From the NCBI GenBank assembly GCA_949285665.1, contig CASDYC010000001.1, positions 227,738 to 291,737 on the forward strand: a stretch of DNA of 64,000 bases, given 5' to 3'. Below, one piece after another: positions 58,871 through 64,000 of the stretch. The translations under genes were made by a program, and so were the position numbers. Under the pieces are notes generated by a model that ran no database searches, had not been told where the DNA came from, and was given only the letters and a program-made list of their open reading frames with translations. Position 1 is the stretch's first letter; each line of letters starts with the position of its first letter. This DNA is from an uncultured bacterium. GTDB lineage: Bacteria; Bacillota_I; Bacilli_A; RFN20; CAG-826.

Positions 58871-61180
58871 TTAATTTGAATATAATTTATCAACTAATTC
58901 AGGATAATCAATAAATGGATTTCTATTTCCTTGAAATTCATAAATTCTATTATTTCTTTGAATTTCAAAATCATCTACTGGATCTAATTCATTCCAATCT
59001 AATAAAACAGAAAGTTTTCCAATTTGAGTATCTGTTGAATTATTAATATCTTCAACAATACTTAAAAAGTCATATCTTAGAGCCATATAGAATAAAATTC
59101 TTGCAACATCACCTCTATGATCGCCTTCAAATTTATGTACTACACTACCATTATTTGCAACATTTGGGAAAAATGTATTGCTAGAATCTGAATTATCATA
59201 AAATTTATTCCCGTGTAAAAGATTTGTTGTTTGACAACATGCTCTTAAATTAAATAAATCAGTAGCATGATTTTTAGTTGAATTTGATGGTCGAGGATCT
59301 TTTCCATTTTCTTTCATTAAAGAACATGGCCAGACATGTTCTTTATTCCAAGTTCCATTATAACTAGCACTTAATTCGTCTCCGTCAAACATACCATATA
59401 AAACACCTGGTTTTGTGATACTTTCATCTGTATAAATAATAGTATTAGAAACTGTTCCATAACTAATTTTTGTCATATTAGAAATTAAGGAATGTAATTC
59501 ATTTTCTAATATTGTTGAATCAACTTCAAAATCAATATCTTTATAATATTCTTCTTTACTAGTTAATGTATAGTTTGCATTTGGAACTACACCTTGACCA
59601 GGTTTTGCAGCAACTAAATTAACATCTGGAGTTTTTAATTCTAAATCAACATCATTTGGAACAAAAACTTTTAAACTAATACTATATAAATAAACTGCTT
59701 TTGTTTGATTAGATAATGATAATTGAAATGATGTTGTATCTACTGATATATCATTTTCGCTCCAAAGTTTTGCAATATTTTCTTTTGGTAGGTTTTCTCC
59801 ATGAGTATAACTATCCATTGTTACATCATATCTAGCAGGTGAGTTTGTTTTAATAATTAATTCATAAGATAAAACTGTCACTTTACCATTAAATTGTGTA
59901 ACTATATTCCATGGAGTTTTATGAGGGCTACTATTAGATCCAATTTGAATTCCTTCATAATCTTGGCCTAAATAATTAAAAGCATCATAATCCCAAGTTA
60001 ATCCGTTTGAAGAAAAACTTCCAGCACTTGTAGATCCTCCATTAAAATCATTTTTATTAAATACATGTTCATAATATTGAACACTACCATCCGCAGTTGG
60101 AATTACTGTAACTTTAATACTATCTTTAACTTCGTTAATTGAAGCAGTAATTATTGCTTCGCCTTCTTTAATTGCACTAATTAATCCATTTTGATTAACG
60201 CTTGCAACACTAGAATTACTACTTTCATATAATATTGAACCTTCAATATTTTCTAAACTAACATTTAATTGTAAAGTATCACCTAAATTTAATGTTATTT
60301 CTTCTCCATTTAAAATAACTAAACTTGGAGGAACTTCTTTTTCTTTAACAATTATATTTATTGAATCACTAATTCCATTTGCAGAAACACTAATGGTGAC
60401 ACTACCTTTTGAAATGGCACTTATTAAACCAGTATTTGAAATTATTGCAACTTCATTATTTGAAGATGAATAAATAACATCTTCCGTTAAATTTTCAGTT
60501 TTTAAATTAAGTTGTAAATTACTTCCAACTTCTAATTCACTGTTATTTGGAGTTAATATTTCTAAAATTGGTGTAGGAGTTATTGTTTTTTCTTTTACAA
60601 TAACTTTTATTTGATCGTTAACATTATTTGCTTTTACTTCAATTAATGTTTCGCCCTTACTTATAGCAGTAATTAAACCGGAATTATTAACTTTTGCAAT
60701 AAATTCATTTTGAGAAGAAAATATTAAATCTTCAGTTATGTTTTCAGTTTTAATATTTAATTTATAAGTTTGATCAATTTCTAAACTAAGCTCATCTCCA
60801 TCAAGAATTTCAATACTAGGATTTAAAATTGTTGTATTTTTACTAACAACAACTTTAATTTTATCCGAAGTGTTGTTAGCACTTGCAGTAATAAAACTTT
60901 CTCCTTCACTTAAAGCAGTTATTAAACCAGTATTACTAACACTTGCAACACTAGGATCTGATGAGGTATAAATTATTGTTTCTGTTAAATTTTGACTTGA
61001 TATATTTAGTTGTAGAGTATCATTAACTTTTAATTGAACTTCTTCACCATTTTGAATATCTAAAACATATTGAACTACTGACGTAGTATTTTGATAAGTA
61101 TTATCACAAGAAGAAATACTAGATAAACTTAAAAATAGAGCAAATATTATAAAACTTAGACTTTTAAATTTTTTTGTCAT
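58871..61180 (-). CDS. Surface lipoprotein nuclease: 4 x Big_2 Ig-like repeats, a central unknown domain, and a C-terminal Endonuclease I (EndA/Vvn-like) domain
   Basis: Lipobox LSSISSC and four ~80-aa repeats of the Big_2 type (..SS.....ASVS.TGLITA...GE..I.A.......I.V.V). The C-terminus carries KEHVWPCS, DLFNLRACCQTTNLLHGNKFY, HRGDVARILFYMALRY and NRNPFIDYPELV. Confidence 0.75.
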   Translation of the reverse strand: MTKKFKSLSFIIFALFLSLSSISSCDNTYQNTTSVVQYVLDIQNGEEVQLKVNDTLQLNISSQNLTETIIYTSSDPSVASVSNTGLITALSEGESFITASANNTSDKIKVVVSKNTTILNPSIEILDGDELSLEIDQTYKLNIKTENITEDLIFSSQNEFIAKVNNSGLITAISKGETLIEVKANNVNDQIKVIVKEKTITPTPILEILTPNNSELEVGSNLQLNLKTENLTEDVIYSSSNNEVAIISNTGLISAISKGSVTISVSANGISDSINIIVKEKEVPPSLVILNGEEITLNLGDTLQLNVSLENIEGSILYESSNSSVASVNQNGLISAIKEGEAIITASINEVKDSIKVTVIPTADGSVQYYEHVFNKNDFNGGSTSAGSFSSNGLTWDYDAFNYLGQDYEGIQIGSNSSPHKTPWNIVTQFNGKVTVLSYELIIKTNSPARYDVTMDSYTHGENLPKENIAKLWSENDISVDTTSFQLSLSNQTKAVYLYSISLKVFVPNDVDLELKTPDVNLVAAKPGQGVVPNANYTLTSKEEYYKDIDFEVDSTILENELHSLISNMTKISYGTVSNTIIYTDESITKPGVLYGMFDGDELSASYNGTWNKEHVWPCSLMKENGKDPRPSNSTKNHATDLFNLRACCQTTNLLHGNKFYDNSDSSNTFFPNVANNGSVVHKFEGDHRGDVARILFYMALRYDFLSIVEDINNSTDTQIGKLSVLLDWNELDPVDDFEIQRNNRIYEFQGNRNPFIDYPELVDKLYSN
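60101..61069 (-). repeat. Intragenic tandem array of four divergent ~240-255-bp Big_2-encoding units
   Basis: Protein residues ~38-360 of the nuclease lipoprotein form four recognisably homologous units. Confidence 0.7.
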
Positions 61181-61291
61181 ATTAAAACCACCTTTTATAT
61201 AAATATTTTACTATTTTAATTTAAAAATATATAAAGGTATTTTATAAATTCATATGACAAATTTACTCTTATTATTTTGTTAATAAATTAT

Positions 61292-61582
61292 TTAATTTTC
61301 TTCGTATTCTGCTTTAAATAAATAAGCTATTTCAAGAACTCCACCTTCTCTAGTTTCACTTTTATTTAAATACATTCCAGAATTAATAACATGAATTAAA
61401 TCATATCCAGCCTCTCCAATATCTTTTAAGGTTGTGCGATTCCATTCATCAAATTTTAAATTATTAACAATATTATAATCTTCTTTTTTACCAACAAGCC
61501 TTAAATAAATACCATTACTTCTTGTATAAGCTCTTGTTCCTTCACAATTTTCAACAAACATTAAATAACTATATTTTTTCAT
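61292..61582 (-). CDS. Small hypothetical protein (96 aa; weak DUF4177-like pattern)
   Basis: I prefer the ATG at 61582 (MKKYSYLMF), right after a GGAGG RBS. The pattern MKxYxY...L..IGEAGYDLIHV...YLFK resembles DUF4177, but support is weak. Confidence 0.4.
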   Translation of the reverse strand: MKKYSYLMFVENCEGTRAYTRSNGIYLRLVGKKEDYNIVNNLKFDEWNRTTLKDIGEAGYDLIHVINSGMYLNKSETREGGVLEIAYLFKAEYEEN

Positions 61583-61594
61583 AAAATCCTCCAA

Positions 61595-61732
61595 TTAATA
61601 ATCTTCATCTTCATCGTCAAATTCTTCATCAATCATTGATTGAAAAAATTCTCTTAACTCATTTCCAAACTCTTCATTAATTTCATTATTATCAATAACT
61701 AAATCATTATTGTTATTATTAATATTTCGCAT
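61595..61732 (-). CDS. Small highly acidic protein (45 aa, below the ORF-track cut-off)
   Basis: MRNINNNNNDLVIDNNEINEEFGNELREFFQSMIDEEFDDEDEDY. A GGAG RBS lies 8 nt upstream, and the stop overlaps the RBS of the next gene. Confidence 0.4.
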   Translation of the reverse strand: MRNINNNNNDLVIDNNEINEEFGNELREFFQSMIDEEFDDEDEDY

Positions 61733-61823
61733 TTTTAAATCTCCTAACACAAATATTATTTCATATTAATAAAATTATTATTAAAGGTTGTATTAAGACG
61801 TATTATTTTATGTTTTTAATATA

Positions 61824-62219
61824 TTATTTTATCTTGATATCCATTTTTATTAAAGTTTCATTTAATTCATTTAGATTATAATTATTACTTTCTATAAAAT
61901 AACGAATAATTAGTGAATAATTAGAATTAGAAGCTAATGTAAAAGAAGCTTTTTTTAATAAATATTTGCATTCATGATTATTTAAATGCATTGTAAAAAC
62001 AATTTTTATAATAAAGTTAATACTAGGTTTTGATTTATTAGATATTACACTAGAAAATAATTGCTTACTAATATTTGCTTTATTATATAAAGCTACTGAA
62101 TAAAATTTATATTTATCCATTAAATAATATAAATAACTAACAAAATCTAATGATTTTTCTTTGTTAGTTTTATGAAATTTAATATATTCTTCAAGACTGA
62201 TATTTATATAATACCACAT
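61824..62219 (-). CDS. HTH (XRE-like) domain protein of the Bacillota 'YNKANISKQLFSS...PS' family
   Basis: VALYNKANISKQLFSSVISNKSKPSINFIIKIVFTMHLNNHECKYLLKKASFTLASNSNYSLIIRYFIE matches a common Firmicutes HTH family pattern. Confidence 0.6.
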   Translation of the reverse strand: MWYYINISLEEYIKFHKTNKEKSLDFVSYLYYLMDKYKFYSVALYNKANISKQLFSSVISNKSKPSINFIIKIVFTMHLNNHECKYLLKKASFTLASNSNYSLIIRYFIESNNYNLNELNETLIKMDIKIK

Positions 62220-62293
62220 AAGTCAAATGAGATTTTACCAAAACTAATAATTTATGTTTTATATTTATTTTGTAATTACTGGAGGTTAAAAAA

Positions 62294-62961
62294 GTGAATA
62301 AATTATATGAAGAAATAATTAATTATTATAGTAGACATAAAAATATTACTAATAATCAAGCAAGAGATTTATCTCAATATAGTGTATATTTGTCAATAAT
62401 GATTGCTTTTTATACACATAAAAATCAAATTAGATTAAATGAAAAATATTATTATTTTCATCCAATTAGGTGTTTAGAATTATATCAAGATTTAATTGGG
62501 ATTAATAATAATCCAGATTCAATTGATTTAGATAAATTAGACGAATTAGAATTACCTTATAGAGACGTACAAGAATTATTTTGTTTACATGATGTAATTG
62601 AAGATACGCAATTAACAATAAACGATATAGAAAGTTTATTTAAAGAAGTTAATTTATTAACATATTTTCAAGTTAATATTAAAGCACCACTTTTATTATT
62701 AACTCGTAATAAAAGGGAATCATATGATAAATATATATATCAAAACTTATAATAAATTCTACTGCAAGTTTAGCAAAAGTTATTGATATGTATAATAACT
62801 TAAATGCCTTAACTTGTGGAGAAATTAATGATAAAAATCTAGATAATTTTAATAAATATATGAAATTTATAAGTGTAATTTGTATAATTCATAAGTTTCC
62901 AGATAAATTTAAGGAATACAATAAGTATCGAAAAGAAAACAATATGATGAATAATTTATAA
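62294..62961 (+). pseudogene. RelA/SpoT-type HD-domain protein (small alarmone hydrolase-like) split by a frameshift at an (AT)5 tract
   Basis: GTG start after GGAGG. HD motifs HPIRCLELY and LHDVIEDT. Frame 1 stops at 62750-62752. The frame shifted by one nucleotide, open from 62731 to 62961, continues with ...INSTASLAKVIDMYNNLNAL, the expected A..VK..D...N motif. The two frames overlap at atatatatat (62731-62740). Confidence 0.7.
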
Positions 62962-62965
62962 AACA

Positions 62966-63994
62966 CTATCTAAATTGTTCAAATCTTAAAATATTATAAG
63001 TATAACCTTCATTATTTATAATTATGTCATTATCTTTGTTTTCTGGTTTAATTATTTTAATATTAAATAGATCTGAATTTTTTTTACTTAAAAATTGTCG
63101 TCCTTGACTTGTTAATATTAATATAATTTTCTTTTCAAATAATATTTTGTTTATTATTTTATTAAATTCTTCAAATCCTAATTCATGAACTAAAGCAAAA
63201 TCAACTCCATCTAATATTAAAACTAGATTTTCCTGATCATTTACTTGATAAGAATTTATAAAATTAAGTAATTCTTCTTTATTTTTAATTAAAAGTTTAA
63301 ATAGATATTCTTTGTCAACATCATACTCATAAAATCCTTTATCATTATATATAACAAACTTATAATTATTATCTAAATTAATTAAATCAGTTATTAAAGA
63401 TGATATAAATGTAGATTTGCCCACCCCAGTAATACCTTGATACCATATATTATCTAAATTACATGTAATTAATTTATTATTTTCTTCTCCAATTATAAAT
63501 GAATTATTAATATCTATATTATGATTTTTATCTATATTTTGAAGAATATTTAAACCATTTAAAAATTCTAAATTTAATTCAAAATAAGTTAATTCTTTAA
63601 AATTTAAATGCTTGTATAAATATTTAACTTGATTGTTATTTAAATTTTCAAAAATTTCTTTATTTGATTTATTTTTAAAACTATCATAATAATATTTTTC
63701 TGCTATTTTTAATTTGTTATTAATAAAAGGTTCTTCAATTAATTTATTTCTAATTAAATAATGTTTTAATTCATCACTGCTTTCTCCAATTTTATATTTA
63801 ATTGCAAGAAGTTTAGTTAAATTATCTATATAAGTTAAATTATAATTTCTTTCATTTTCTAAATTGTATTTATTAATTAGTTCTTTGCCATATTCTTCTT
63901 TTGAATAAATGATTCTCAGTGGTCCTGCAATAGATTTTTTAAAAATTAAACAATCAAAACAATACATTTTAATATAAGAAATAAATGCATCCAT
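62966..63994 (-). CDS. Minimal NACHT/STAND-like P-loop NTPase with an unknown ~185-aa N-terminal region (N-terminus may extend beyond the window)
   Basis: Walker A QGITGVGKSTFISSL, Walker B LVLILDGVDFAL and a sensor-1-like IILILTSQGRQ. The protein ends ~45 aa later. The frame stays open upstream of the ATG to the window edge. Confidence 0.5.
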   Translation of the reverse strand: MDAFISYIKMYCFDCLIFKKSIAGPLRIIYSKEEYGKELINKYNLENERNYNLTYIDNLTKLLAIKYKIGESSDELKHYLIRNKLIEEPFINNKLKIAEKYYYDSFKNKSNKEIFENLNNNQVKYLYKHLNFKELTYFELNLEFLNGLNILQNIDKNHNIDINNSFIIGEENNKLITCNLDNIWYQGITGVGKSTFISSLITDLINLDNNYKFVIYNDKGFYEYDVDKEYLFKLLIKNKEELLNFINSYQVNDQENLVLILDGVDFALVHELGFEEFNKIINKILFEKKIILILTSQGRQFLSKKNSDLFNIKIIKPENKDNDIIINNEGYTYNILRFEQFR

Positions 63995-64000
63995 TTTAAA

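Noticed and set aside
62294-62961. The HD hydrolase as the antitoxin of a toxSAS (RelA/SpoT-synthetase toxin) pair.
   Set aside because: No synthetase-domain ORF is adjacent. Its neighbours are an HTH gene and a NACHT-like ATPase gene.
61181-64000. Calling the 61-64 kb patch a prophage or integrative element.
   Set aside because: No integrase, transposase, att-like repeat, or structural or conjugation gene is visible in the window. The only support is small unknown ORFs, strand switches and a pseudogene. The patch runs off the window edge, so the call would be speculation.

Overview
This is a very AT-rich, tightly packed bacterial chromosome segment, transcribed mostly from the minus strand. 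Gene order is typical of Bacillota/Mollicutes: comEA-comEC, greA, DUF1292-ruvX-alaS behind a T-box leader, mnmA-dtd, ftsK, rnj, pnp-rpsO-truB, and rbfA-infB-ylxQ-ylxR-nusA-rimP. TGA is a real stop codon here: alaS ends in an ATGA overlap with ruvX, and the PP-loop ATPase gene also ends in TGA. The genetic code is therefore table 11, not the Mycoplasma/Spiroplasma code. The window also carries many lipoproteins, two DegV genes and two PlsC-type acyltransferases (pointing to lipid scavenging), a rubredoxin, a choloylglycine hydrolase and starch-degrading GH13 enzymes. Together these suggest a reduced, anaerobic, host-associated Acholeplasma/RF39-like lineage, but that is inference only. Roughly 1-36 kb is housekeeping and 36-64 kb is more accessory. 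Seven things deserve a second look. (1) A nearly invariant ~31-nt dispersed repeat (AAAAACTCTGCAAAACCTCAATATTTTTTAA) occurs in at least six copies, inside ORFs in different reading frames and in intergenic regions. (2) A four-gene operon encodes a lipoprotein, a bPH membrane protein, a PLD-nuclease/SF2-helicase/DUF3427 fusion and a Nudix hydrolase. (3) A KAP-type P-loop NTPase is translationally coupled to pdxK and followed by an M6-like metalloprotease lipoprotein. (4) The terminal 61-64 kb patch holds a minimal NACHT-like ATPase, an HD (p)ppGpp-hydrolase-like gene split by a frameshift at an (AT)5 tract, an HTH gene and a small acidic-protein cassette. (5) A 0.5-kb gene relic has reading frames interrupted only by TGA at Trp-like positions. 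(6) An ABC ATPase relic has TGA in place of the Walker A glycine. (7) A surface lipoprotein combines four Big_2 repeats with an Endonuclease I domain. I saw no rRNA, tRNA, CRISPR array, transposase or integrase.
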